Source of the DNA: an uncultured virus (IMG/VR IMGVR_UViG_3300046791_000665)
Taxonomy: Duplodnaviria; Heunggongvirae; Uroviricota; Caudoviricetes
Direction: 5' to 3' (one strand)
IMG/VR virus record: IMGVR_UViG_3300046791_000665
Length of the DNA stretch: 64,000 nucleotides
Shown here: piece after piece, positions 18,855 through 28,589 of the stretch
Position numbering within the stretch: the stretch's first letter is position 1
How the letters are laid out: the number at the start of each line of letters is the position of its first letter
Made by a program: the position numbers and the translations under genes
Notes under the pieces: model-generated
Database searches by the model: none
Told to the model about the DNA's origin: nothing
The model's input: the letters and a program-made list of their open reading frames with translations, nothing else

Positions 18855-21835
18855 TGACTCTTCGTACCCTCTTCACCGGCTCCCGCGAGTGGACCGATGA
18901 GGCTGCAATAAAAGTTGTCGTTGAAGCCCTTCCGCAGAACACCATCGTGATCCACGGTGGCGCTCGGGGGGCTGACGAGATTGTCGATCGATTCGCTCGC
19001 GCTCGCGGACTTCCAGAGCCCGAGGTTTACCCTGCTGACTGGGAACGTTACGGTATGGAAGCCGGTTCAATTCGCAACCAGGAGATGCTCGATCGCGGCA
19101 AGCCCGACAACGCGTTCGCCTTCCCGCTCGCGTCGAGTCGCGGGACCTGGGACATGGTCAAGCGGCTCCGAGCTGCGAACGTCCCGGTGAAGGTGTGCGG
19201 CGCCTCGACGGAGGTCGAGTCCGCGGCGCTGGCGCTGGTCGCGGCAGACGAGCGCGTTGCCCACATGGTCGCGTACGACTCCGAAACGCGGCTCTTTCAC
19301 CCTGGTCGGATGGCGCCTCCGATCGTGTGCGCGTCGGCTGCGCGGTTCGAGGGGGGCGAGATCAAGGGGAGGCTGCTACCAGACCCGACGACGGCGCTGG
19401 CGTTTTTTCGGGCATTGCTCGATGCCGGTCACGTGATCGCTTTTGCGAATGCGGCTTACGACCTCGCGGTAGCGGCGAGCGCTGATACGTCGCTACTTCG
19501 TCCGATCTTTCGCGCATTGCGCGAGGGTCGGATTTACGATCTGATCATCGCTGAGGCGCTGAACGCGATCTACCACGGGCATCTCGGTGAGATGCCGAAC
19601 GGCCAGCCGCTCTACAACCCGGCGACGGGTGAGCAGACGAAGCGGTATTCGCTCGCGCTCGCGGTGCTGCTCACGCTCGGGCGCTCAGATGCGAAGGAGA
19701 ACGATACCTGGAAGAAGTCCTACGCGCTGCTCGAGGGGATCTCGGTGGAGCGCTGGCCAGAAGAGGCGCGCGTCTATCCGGTAGATGACGCGGTGAACAC
19801 GCTTGAGACCGCGGCAACGCAGATCATCGGGCGTCCGGGCGAGCACTTCTGGGAGACGCTCCCCGGTACGCCGATTCAGCGGTCGTGCAGGTGGTGCCGC
19901 ATCAACCCTGAGACGGCGGATCACACTCCTCCGTTCTGCGATGCGGCGCCGCGCCGTGACGGGCACAAGAATCTAGAGAATCTTCCGGCACAGTGTCGGG
20001 CAGACTTCGCGGCGAAGCTTGGTGCCTGTTGGGCACTGCGCACGGATCCGGATCGTGTTGAGGCGTTGTCTGTTGAAGTCGATAAGAAGCACGCAGCTGC
20101 CGTCGAGCGCTTTCAGAAGAAGGGATGGATCCGGGAGGATGGTACGGAGGATCAGTCGGCTGTAAAGCGCGCGGTAGCTGTCGCGTATGGGGCAAAAGAT
20201 CCGTGCAAGCGGTGTGGAGGCAGCAGGGAATGCTCGAAGTGCGGCGGGAGCGGCAAGAACAAGAGGGGTGAGCAGTGCGGCAACTGCGACGGTGCCGGGC
20301 GTCTGATCGGTAAGATGCAGAAGATCGAGTTCGCGGAGTGTAGGGGCGTGAAGGAGCGCGGACGGTTCCAGGGGTGTCCCGGAGCAACGTGCGGGATCTG
20401 CCACGGGGCGCGGAGCGTGCCCAGGGCGGCGGGTGAGACGACTTGCAAGAACGAATTCGATGAGAGGGGGAGGCTGGTCGAGGAGGGGTGCGACGGCACA
20501 GGGTTCGATCTTACGACGGTGCCGACGCTCCCGCGCACGGACAAGCACGGTGTCGGTACAGATCGAGATGTGAAGATGGAGTCTGGCGACGATGACCTCG
20601 CCGACTACGGAGAAGACGAGTTCGAGAAGAGCCGCTCGACGAATGTTCCCTGGCTGAGGACGGGGCTCTACGGACCGCTCTCCTATAGTCCGAACGTAAT
20701 CGTGGCGACGGGGCGCTACTCGCTGGAGGGATCGCCCATCCACCAGCTGCCTCGACACGGCGGTGAGCGCGAGTGCATCCGTGCTCGCGGTGCGTGGTGC
20801 GGCTCGCCGATCGAGTATGTGTTCGGTGCGACGGACTATGAGGCCGGAGAGCTATGCACCTTGTCCCAGCTTTGCTACTGGCTCTTTGAATATTCGCAGA
20901 TGCGCGAAGCGATCAATGCGAGCGGTAAGCCCGGCATCCTGCACTCGGTTCTGGCGGCAGAGGTGCTCGGGATTTCTCTCGAAGAATTCCTGCCGCGCTT
21001 GAAAGCGAAGGACAAGCAGGCGGTCGACTTCCGGCAGATGTGCAAGCCCATCAACTTCGGCAAGGGCGGTGGGATGGGCGACGCAAAACTCGTGCTCACC
21101 AGCCGCAAGAAGAACGCGGGATTCACCGTCTCCGAGTATGGTCCGGCGGTGAACGATAAAGGGCAACCGGGATACTGGGGCGTTCGCTTTTGTTTGCTGA
21201 CCGGCGGTGCGAAGCAGTGCGGCATCGAGAAGATCATGGAGTATAAGAGGCGCCCGTGCGCACCGGTCTGCAAGGAATGCGTGAGCGTCGTCGCGAACGA
21301 ACTGAACCCGGCGTATTTTCGACGCTACCCTGAAATGAAAGACTACTTCAAATGGGGCTCGAAGCAGATCGATGCTGCGAAGCGCGCGGGGCGCGATATC
21401 GTACTGGCGCCGACTCCGGTGTGGGATGCGTCGAAGGGGGAGACCAACGTCATCCGCGAGCGAGGCGTGACCCTGAACGATTACTCCGCACTGCTGAATA
21501 ACGGCTTTCAGTCAATGCTGGCGGAGGCGATCAAGCTGGCCTACTGGCGCATGACGTACGAAGGTTATACGGGCGTGCGGTGGGATAACGAGGAGCCTTC
21601 GACGCTTGCCGGCGCGCGCTTTCCGATCGTGATGCACGACGAGCCCATCTCGGAGTTGCCGCGGTGGAACTTCCAGCACTCTGCACCGCGCATCGCAGAC
21701 ATCATGATGGAGGCTGGGCGCGAGATTGCCCCAGATGTCGCGTGGCGCGCTGAAACCGCTGTAGCCCTGTACCTTTCAAAATCAATGGAGCCCAAGTACG
21801 AGAATGGGGAACTTGTGCTGTGGGAATCTGAATAG
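18854..21835 (+). CDS. polA: family A DNA polymerase with N-terminal SLOG/YspA-like domain and Zn-finger insertion
   Basis: Exo YDSET, ANAAYD, YPVDD; motif A DYEAGEL, motif B RQMCKPINFG, motif C MHDE; N-terminal TGSREW/IHGGARGAD/AGSIRNQEM/SRGTWDM. Confidence 0.88.
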   Translation: MTLRTLFTGSREWTDEAAIKVVVEALPQNTIVIHGGARGADEIVDRFARARGLPEPEVYPADWERYGMEAGSIRNQEMLDRGKPDNAFAFPLASSRGTWDMVKRLRAANVPVKVCGASTEVESAALALVAADERVAHMVAYDSETRLFHPGRMAPPIVCASAARFEGGEIKGRLLPDPTTALAFFRALLDAGHVIAFANAAYDLAVAASADTSLLRPIFRALREGRIYDLIIAEALNAIYHGHLGEMPNGQPLYNPATGEQTKRYSLALAVLLTLGRSDAKENDTWKKSYALLEGISVERWPEEARVYPVDDAVNTLETAATQIIGRPGEHFWETLPGTPIQRSCRWCRINPETADHTPPFCDAAPRRDGHKNLENLPAQCRADFAAKLGACWALRTDPDRVEALSVEVDKKHAAAVERFQKKGWIREDGTEDQSAVKRAVAVAYGAKDPCKRCGGSRECSKCGGSGKNKRGEQCGNCDGAGRLIGKMQKIEFAECRGVKERGRFQGCPGATCGICHGARSVPRAAGETTCKNEFDERGRLVEEGCDGTGFDLTTVPTLPRTDKHGVGTDRDVKMESGDDDLADYGEDEFEKSRSTNVPWLRTGLYGPLSYSPNVIVATGRYSLEGSPIHQLPRHGGERECIRARGAWCGSPIEYVFGATDYEAGELCTLSQLCYWLFEYSQMREAINASGKPGILHSVLAAEVLGISLEEFLPRLKAKDKQAVDFRQMCKPINFGKGGGMGDAKLVLTSRKKNAGFTVSEYGPAVNDKGQPGYWGVRFCLLTGGAKQCGIEKIMEYKRRPCAPVCKECVSVVANELNPAYFRRYPEMKDYFKWGSKQIDAAKRAGRDIVLAPTPVWDASKGETNVIRERGVTLNDYSALLNNGFQSMLAEAIKLAYWRMTYEGYTGVRWDNEEPSTLAGARFPIVMHDEPISELPRWNFQHSAPRIADIMMEAGREIAPDVAWRAETAVALYLSKSMEPKYENGELVLWESE

Positions 21836-22021
21836 GAGGGTAGAAGTTGGACCACACAATCTACACCTCTGCGAGGAGGGTTCCGTCGAGGGCGATTTCT
21901 ATTGTCATAATCCGAAGCGCTCGCCTGAATTCGCGGAGAGGTTGGCAATTTTCGACAAGATCCCCAGCTGGTGCCCGATCCGCGCCGAGTGCCTTGTTCT
22001 GTATGTGCCGGGAGGAAAGTA

Positions 22022-22522
22022 ATGAACAAGATCCGCTGCGACGCTCTCATTTCCCCCGACGGGCTCTACCGCTACTGGCTCACGCGGGAGTGGGGCGATG
22101 CAGGCGCGGGACGTCTGCTCTGGGTGATGCTGAACCCCAGCACGGCCGACGCGATGAAGAACGACCCCACGATCCTCCGCTGCATCGCGTTTGCCAGGGC
22201 CTGGGGTTTCGCCTCACTCGAGGTGGTGAACCTCTACGCGCTTCGGTCGAGTACGCCGAAGGCGCTCGACGAGGCTGCAGATCCGTACGGCCCTGCCCTT
22301 CGCTCTTATGTGATCGAGGCGCTCGAGCGTTGCCGCATGATTGTCTGCGCCTGGGGCGCTTCTGAGAGAGCGAAGGAGGCCGTTCCGGCGATGGAGGCCG
22401 TCTTGCGCGCGAGCGGTCGACCGCTCGTGTGCCTCGGGCGGTCGAGCGACGGCAGCCCCAAGCACCCGCTCGCGCGCGGGGAGCACCGCGTGCCGAACGA
22501 TCAGAAACCGATTTTGTTCTGA
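22022..22522 (+). CDS. DUF1643 family protein
   Basis: YRYWLTREW, MLNPSTAD...DPT, VNLYA, AWG, PKHPL. Confidence 0.85.
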   Translation: MNKIRCDALISPDGLYRYWLTREWGDAGAGRLLWVMLNPSTADAMKNDPTILRCIAFARAWGFASLEVVNLYALRSSTPKALDEAADPYGPALRSYVIEALERCRMIVCAWGASERAKEAVPAMEAVLRASGRPLVCLGRSSDGSPKHPLARGEHRVPNDQKPILF

Positions 22523-22587
22523 GAGAAAAACTTTTTCGAAAAAATATTTGACAGGCGAGCAGGCGTTCGTCTAGGGTAGGCAAACAA

Positions 22588-22749
22588 GTGGCTCAGAGTA
22601 GGCCAACAACGAAACGCCCGATGCGATACGTCATCGATGCCGATCTGGTGCGGTGGGTGCGGGTCGAGTCCGACCGCAGGCGCTGCTCGATGTCGCAGGT
22701 GATGAGAGATCTGATCGTGGCCGAACGCGAGAGAAGGAGACAGCGATGA
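22588..22749 (+). CDS. ribbon-helix-helix regulator
   Basis: MRYVIDADLVRWVRVESDRRRCSMSQVMRDLI; promoter TTGACA-N18-TAGGGT at 22548-22577. Confidence 0.65.
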   Translation: MAQSRPTTKRPMRYVIDADLVRWVRVESDRRRCSMSQVMRDLIVAERERRRQR

Positions 22750-22985
22750 GCACACAGCAGGTGGTAGCAACGCTCGGTATCAAGCGGGACAAGGGGTTCC
22801 TGTACTTCCTGCGCGGGTCGGAGGTCTGGAAGACCCCGATGATGCGGCAGGGCAAGCCGATGCACGCGGGCGGCGCCCAGAAGGTGGCGACCGGCAACTT
22901 CAAACGGGAGACCGGCTACCTGTACTTCCTCGATAAGGGCGGCAATGTCGCGCGGTCGAAGATGAAGAATTTCGTCTCGAAGTAG
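22746..22985 (+). CDS. small basic duplicated-motif protein resembling chromatin protein Cc1
   Basis: Two copies of VAT.GxKRxxGxLYFL. Confidence 0.55.
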   Translation: MSTQQVVATLGIKRDKGFLYFLRGSEVWKTPMMRQGKPMHAGGAQKVATGNFKRETGYLYFLDKGGNVARSKMKNFVSK

Positions 22986-23033
22986 CAAAAACAGCAACGT
23001 AGCTCGACGAGTTCGAGCAAGGAGGAGTTCAAA

Positions 23034-24020
23034 ATGGGAAGTGATTCGGTCAAGCTGCACGCTGCAAAGGGTCGCACGGACACGTTCCTCTTCGATCCGG
23101 AGACGCTCGTTCTCGTCACCGATGAATCGAGCGCCGTCTACGACGAGCGAGTGCACATCCCCACCGACGAAGCGCTCGTCCTCAACATCATGGTCAACGG
23201 CGTGCTCGAGAACATCCTCGTGCGCACGAACGGCCAGCGGGACGGGCACTCGGTGGTTGAGGTCATCGACGGGCGCCAGCGCGTGAAGGCGGCGCGTGAG
23301 GCGAACAAGAGGCTTGCGGAAGCCGGCAAGGCGACGATTCGGGTGCCCGCGAACCTGAAGAAGGGCGAGCCGGTCGATATGGCCGGTATCATGATTTCGG
23401 CCAACGAGATCCGCAAGGCGGACGACCAGCGCATTCGCGCGCGCAAGCTCCAGCGCTACATCAACATGGGGCGCACGGAGGAAGAGGCTGCGGTGCAGTT
23501 CGGCGTCAACGTGCAGACGGTCAAGAACCTCCTCAGCTACCTCGATCTGAACCCCGAGGTGCAGAGGGACATCGAGAAGATGGGGCTCCCGGCCTCCACC
23601 ATCGGCAAGGAATTGTCGAAGATCCCCCAGGAGGAGCAGCCCGCGGCGCTGGCCGCGCTCGTGGCTTCGGGCAACATCCGCGGTGCTCGCGGCGTGCAGG
23701 CGGTGAAGAACATCCGCAAGGGCAAGGGCGCGACCTCGGTGCACGTGAAGGTCCCGGCCAAGGCGCAGGCCCGCGTCGAGAAGGCGCTCACGAACGGTGA
23801 GTCCGAGAACCTGAAGAAGCCGCTCGAGAAGATCGTGGCCGATGCGGCGGCGGCGACGATCGCCTGGGTCAACGGCGACAAGAACGCCTTCAAGCGGTGG
23901 CCGAAGGTGCAGGAGATCATCGATACGGCGGCAGCCAAGCCGGTGAAGCCCTCGAAGCCGAAGAAGGAGAAGAAGGAGCGCAAGGGCAAGAAGGGGAAGA
24001 GCGAGGAGAAGCAGGCGTGA
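23034..24020 (+). CDS. ParB-like protein with HTH and Lys-rich tail
   Basis: NIMVNGVLENI...VIDGRQRVKAA; AAVQFGVNVQTVKN. Confidence 0.8.
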   Translation: MGSDSVKLHAAKGRTDTFLFDPETLVLVTDESSAVYDERVHIPTDEALVLNIMVNGVLENILVRTNGQRDGHSVVEVIDGRQRVKAAREANKRLAEAGKATIRVPANLKKGEPVDMAGIMISANEIRKADDQRIRARKLQRYINMGRTEEEAAVQFGVNVQTVKNLLSYLDLNPEVQRDIEKMGLPASTIGKELSKIPQEEQPAALAALVASGNIRGARGVQAVKNIRKGKGATSVHVKVPAKAQARVEKALTNGESENLKKPLEKIVADAAAATIAWVNGDKNAFKRWPKVQEIIDTAAAKPVKPSKPKKEKKERKGKKGKSEEKQA

Positions 24021-24346
24021 AGAGTGCCAGCTTTACCGACCGCGAGGTGAACGTCGCTCTCCAAAAGCTCTGGGAGAACGACGGGGCGAAGCCGGGAGAG
24101 CACGCAGGTAACAAGATCGCGCGCGTGCGCGTGCTGCTCTCCCGGGTCGCATCTCGATTCACCGCTCTAGAGAAGCGTCTTCGGCGAGGCTTCGATCAGA
24201 GCGACCTGAAAGAGATCCGCAAGGCACTCCAGCAAAGTTTCGATCGAAAGTACCCAGGCACCTGCGTTGACGATGTGGCGGAGGATGTCTGGGACGTCGT
24301 CGAGGCACTCGAGATATTTCCCCCGATGCGGAGGAAGAGGCGATGA
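24017..24346 (+). CDS. hypothetical protein
   Basis: GTGA overlap with parB. Confidence 0.5.
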   Translation: MKSASFTDREVNVALQKLWENDGAKPGEHAGNKIARVRVLLSRVASRFTALEKRLRRGFDQSDLKEIRKALQQSFDRKYPGTCVDDVAEDVWDVVEALEIFPPMRRKRR

Positions 24347-24555
24347 AGGCGGCTGCGGCAGGAGTTCTGCGGATGACGGCGCGCGAGGTGCTGGTGGATG
24401 TGGCCGGCAGCGAGCACCAGGATCATACGGTGGTTTCGCGCGCACACCCCGTTGACGGTGCGGTCAAGTTCAAGTGCTCCTGCGGAATCATCTGCGAGGT
24501 GCAGGTCACGACCTATTTCGCGTCGCTCGAGAACGTGCCGGACAACCTCAAGTGA
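24343..24555 (+). CDS. hypothetical protein
   Basis: ATGA overlap; CSC motif. Confidence 0.5.
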   Translation: MKAAAAGVLRMTAREVLVDVAGSEHQDHTVVSRAHPVDGAVKFKCSCGIICEVQVTTYFASLENVPDNLK

Positions 24556-25118
24556 CGAAGCGAGCCGCAAATGTCGCTCGCGGGCGCGTCGCTAAAGCCG
24601 CTGGTGACTCCTTCGAGGCGTGGATCGACGTGCAGCACGAGGGCGCGAAGAAGCTCGGCGTGCTCAAGTACGTGAGCCATAACCAGCCGCAGGCGAAGTA
24701 CCTGAACGGGCGGCTCACGTACGTCGCGAAGTCGGACTGCGACTACACGGGCACCATGTCCGACGGAAAATCATTCTGCGCGGAGGGGAAGAGCACGAAG
24801 GAGGCGAAGAAGACGAAGAAGTTGCGCCTCATGCGCTCGGCCGTGAAGAAAAAGCAAGCAGAGCAGTTGGATATGGTGTCCGACGTGAGCGGCGTCGCGT
24901 ACCTGCTGGTGGAATTTCGCGACGGCGAGGGGCGAAAGTGGCGGTACGCGATCCCGTGGGCGGAGGTGCCGTGGAAGACGCTGAAAACGGCGCAGTCGAT
25001 CGGTCTGGAGGATCTCAACCCGAGGTGGCGGGTGGCGCCGGGCGAGTGTTACCTCAAGCGCGGCGTGCCGATGCCGCCGAGTACGGGCGGAAGGAAGCGC
25101 GTTTTCGCGCGGGAGTAG
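24552..25118 (+). CDS. RecU-like Holliday junction resolvase
   Basis: GDSFEAWI...CDYTG...FCAEGKST...QAEQL. Confidence 0.7.
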   Translation: MTKRAANVARGRVAKAAGDSFEAWIDVQHEGAKKLGVLKYVSHNQPQAKYLNGRLTYVAKSDCDYTGTMSDGKSFCAEGKSTKEAKKTKKLRLMRSAVKKKQAEQLDMVSDVSGVAYLLVEFRDGEGRKWRYAIPWAEVPWKTLKTAQSIGLEDLNPRWRVAPGECYLKRGVPMPPSTGGRKRVFARE

Positions 25119-25122
25119 GGAG

Positions 25123-26716
25123 ATGAGTGCCGATGAGCGTCGCAAGCGGTCTCTCGCTGCCTTGCGCGAGATGTACATCGATGCGGAGAAGGACGCGAAG
25201 GAGAAGCCTCGCGAAGAGCAACCGCTCGATGTAGGTCCGTTCCGTCGCGGCGTCCTCGAAGGCATCCGCCGCGCTGCCTTCAAACTCTTCGGTGTCATTG
25301 ATGTGGACGTGGTGACGAAGGGATTGCCATACATCGGCAACGAAGGTCACGTGAACCTCGATGGCGGTGTGTTTCTCACCGCGAATGAGGTTGCGGCGAT
25401 CGGTGCGTTGTTTCATGATCGCGCCCAAGATATTTCAGATTCGCTCGGTTCCAGTACGCGGGCGCTACTCGTTCGCCTGCGCATCTTATCGCGGGAAGAA
25501 TAATGCTCACGCTCATCACCGTTGCGGTTGGCAGCTTTGTTTCGGGACTGCTCATTCGGAGTGCGGTGCGTGCGTCAAAGGATGAGCGGTGCGGGCACGC
25601 GTGGAAGGGGCAGCACGAAACCTGGGTGGATTTTTCGGTCACAAACGATTGGTTTTGGTCGCACTGCAAGGCTCGGAAGGACAAGCAGTGTCAGGGTGAT
25701 CTCTGCACGGCGCACTGCAAGTCACTGTGCGGTGGGAAATGCTTGCTGTGACCAGCAGCGACGGCAGGAACGCGCGCAGGCTCCTCCGTCTCCGCGAGCG
25801 CGCGACCCATCTCGAGTCGCGGATCGCGCAGCGCGATGGGTCGGGACAGCCGACATCGTACGAGGAAGCGGAACTGTCCGCGCTTCGGGAAGCGATCGCG
25901 CGCTGGGAGATCTTCGACCAGCGACTGGCGTCCGATGTCGCGACGCTGAAGGCGCGGCTGCTCGTCGTGAGCGCAGAGGAGCGCGTGGCGATCCTGGATG
26001 ATCTGTTCGACGGGTGGTGCGCGGAGTGCGGCGGCGAGATGCCGTGCCACTGCTGGAATGACGAGTAAGCGAACGTAAGAGGAGGTGCTGATCGTGGATG
26101 ATAAGAAGAGCAAGAAGAGGGATTCGCGCGTCGTGTCCGAGGAGCTTCGCGTGATCGAGCAGCGGTGCGATCAGGCGATCGCGAGCGCGCAGGGTATCCA
26201 GGCGAAGGCGTCGACGAAGGCGAAGATCGCGGCGACGGAGGCGGTCGGCAAGATCGCGCGCGAGTACACCGAGCCAACCGTCGCGGCGGGAGGTGCGGAA
26301 TGAGCTTTCGCTGCGGAGTGTGTCGAGACGTGAGCGAGCCCGGGATGCGGGCGGCGCGCGTGGTGCTGGAGCGGCGATCGAAGACGTACGTTCTCGGGCC
26401 GGACAAGACCTCGGAGGGTTGGGAGATCGTCCGCGAGACGCTGGCCCACCCGGAGTGCGCATCGCTGACCGACGGCAAGGTGCGCTCGGCCGAGGAAGCG
26501 GTGCGGAAGGCGGCGGCGGGCGGCGCGACGATCGCCGATGCGGTCGAGATCGTGCAGCCGCGCCTCCAGACGGTGCAGGAGATCCTCGCTGAGAGGGCTG
26601 CGGTCGAGGAGACGATGGAGGTGATGCCGCCGGTCGTTCCGCAGGTGATCGAGGAGGCGAAGCCCGCGAAGGCGAAGAGGAAGCGGAAGAAGGTGTCGGC
26701 GGAATCGGAGGAGTAG
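25123..26716 (+). other. run of five small hypothetical genes (25123-25503, 25503-25751, ~25748-26068, ~26094-26303, 26300-26716)
   Basis: Overlapping stop/start codons and SD motifs. Confidence 0.55.
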
Positions 26717-26874
26717 ATGGACGACGAACTGCCGAACGCCACGATCAGCGAGAAGCGGTTGGTCTACCCTGGTGACGGATACTTCTACGCGAGCGGGCCG
26801 CAGGCCACGGTCACGATGCCGGTCGAGTGCGCCATCGACTGGACGGGCTGGGTGCCGTTCGAGATGAAGACCTG

Positions 26875-27219
26875 ATGCGTCTCCGAGACATGCAGGCGCA
26901 CCTGCCCTGGACCGACCACTACAACCGCCGCTTCCGCGCTTCGGAGGAGACGCACAAGGATTTTCGGCACGCGCTCGCGCACGTGCACAAGGCGGCGGGC
27001 AGGCTCTCGGAGGTGGTCGAGAGGGCGGAGCACGGGGGCGCGGACTTCTCGTCCGAGGAGGTTGACAAGTACCTCGCCGACCTCGTCATCTGCACGATGC
27101 GCATGGCGAACACGACGCCGGGGCGGATCGTCGATCTGGAGCGCGTGGTTGTCGAGCGCGTGGCCATCAAGAATCAGCTTTCGCAGGAGAGCATCTGGGG
27201 ACAGGAGCGTGACAAGTGA
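26875..27219 (+). CDS. MazG-like all-alpha protein
   Basis: HALAHVHKAAGRLSEVVE...YLADLVIC. Confidence 0.5.
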   Translation: MRLRDMQAHLPWTDHYNRRFRASEETHKDFRHALAHVHKAAGRLSEVVERAEHGGADFSSEEVDKYLADLVICTMRMANTTPGRIVDLERVVVERVAIKNQLSQESIWGQERDK

Positions 27220-28076
27220 ACCGGATGCAGCAGCAGGTGAAGGACTTCCATCTCCAGGTGACGAAGCAGAACACGTCGCCGTCAGAGCCGATGTTGCGCG
27301 CCGATGAGCTTCGCGCTGCGCTCATCGTCGAGGAAGCGCTCGAGGCGGCGGTCGCGACCGTCGGATTTGAGAAGGCGATGGAGATCGTTCGGAAGACGCT
27401 CAAGAAAATGGGCGATCGCGTCGCCGTTGACCCGAAGTGCGGCGAGCCGAGTCTCGTCGGCGCGCTCGGTGAGTACGCCGACCTTCTTTACGTGACGTTC
27501 GGCTCGTTCGAGGATGCAGGCGTTGACGGTGAACCATTTTTTGAGGAGATCCACCGCGCGAACATGATGAAAGTGGGTGCGCAGGTAGGTAGCGAGCCCG
27601 CCGGGAAAATGCTGAAGCCTGAGGGATGGTGTCCGCCGGACATCAAGGGGGTGCTCGCGAAGATGATTGAGGAGCGAGAGTGTGAAGCGCGATTTGCTCT
27701 CAACCCTTCGCCGGGGATCGACGACGTGACGCCCGAACAGTGGCGAGGATGGAGCGAGATCGAGCGTCACATCTTCAACAAGTATTGGGGCAAGACCGGT
27801 ATGTGGTTTAGCTGCATGAGGTGCGGTTTTCCGACGGTACGCGGGCAGTCCGCCTGCGTGTCATGCGTTCCGACTTCGAAATTCTCCGATGATCCAGAGT
27901 TGAACGCTCTCGCCGCCGAGGTCAAGCGCCTCATGGACGAAGGCAAGATCTCGCGCTACCCCTCGCGCGAGGAGAAGATCTCCTGGGTCTACGGCAACTG
28001 CAAGCTCTCGAATGAAAATGTGACCCGGGAGATGGTCGAGGCGGCGGTCGACGAAGCAGAGAGGAAAAAGCAGTGA
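27216..28076 (+). CDS. nucleoside triphosphate pyrophosphohydrolase (PRA-PH/MazG fold) with C-terminal extension
   Basis: LIVEEALE, EYADLLYV, EIHRANMMK, GKMLKPEGW. Confidence 0.8.
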   Translation: MNRMQQQVKDFHLQVTKQNTSPSEPMLRADELRAALIVEEALEAAVATVGFEKAMEIVRKTLKKMGDRVAVDPKCGEPSLVGALGEYADLLYVTFGSFEDAGVDGEPFFEEIHRANMMKVGAQVGSEPAGKMLKPEGWCPPDIKGVLAKMIEERECEARFALNPSPGIDDVTPEQWRGWSEIERHIFNKYWGKTGMWFSCMRCGFPTVRGQSACVSCVPTSKFSDDPELNALAAEVKRLMDEGKISRYPSREEKISWVYGNCKLSNENVTREMVEAAVDEAERKKQ

Positions 28077-28360
28077 CCAAAGAAAAGGTGCTCGAGGTGT
28101 TCGCCCGCTACCGCCGCGAGGTCTCCGACTACTCGGCCGCGCGCGCCGACCCGAAGAAGGTCATCGACAAGCTCTCCCACGAGGAGGAGCGAGCGCACGT
28201 GGCCTACATGTGCGAGGAGGGTGTGCGATTCGTCGAGCAGGGGCGCATGGAGAAGGCGATGCGCTGGCTCGGGTTCCTCCAGGGCTGGCTCTGGAAGAGC
28301 GGGCGGTACGCGGTGCAGGAGTTGGGCGAGCACAGTATGCCGGACGAAGCGAAGGCGTAG
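28073..28360 (+). CDS. phage-type hypothetical protein
   Basis: EKAMRWLGFLQG motif. Confidence 0.65.
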   Translation: MTKEKVLEVFARYRREVSDYSAARADPKKVIDKLSHEEERAHVAYMCEEGVRFVEQGRMEKAMRWLGFLQGWLWKSGRYAVQELGEHSMPDEAKA

Positions 28361-28589
28361 TTGTCGGCGGGAGAGGCGTGGCTCCGATCTTGGGAGGAAT
28401 CGGCGACGGAAGTCGTCGAGCAAGCGCGCGCGGCGGAGCGGCAGACCGGACACCCGCTCGCCCTCGCGGCGCTGGTCGCGGCGCGGGTGTACCATCAGGC
28501 GGTGCTGGTGGCGGTTATCGCACTAGGTAGCGCGAAAGACGACTCGGGCGTAGGATAGTCGTTCGAAAAATTGCGAGAGAGGCCCCGAC

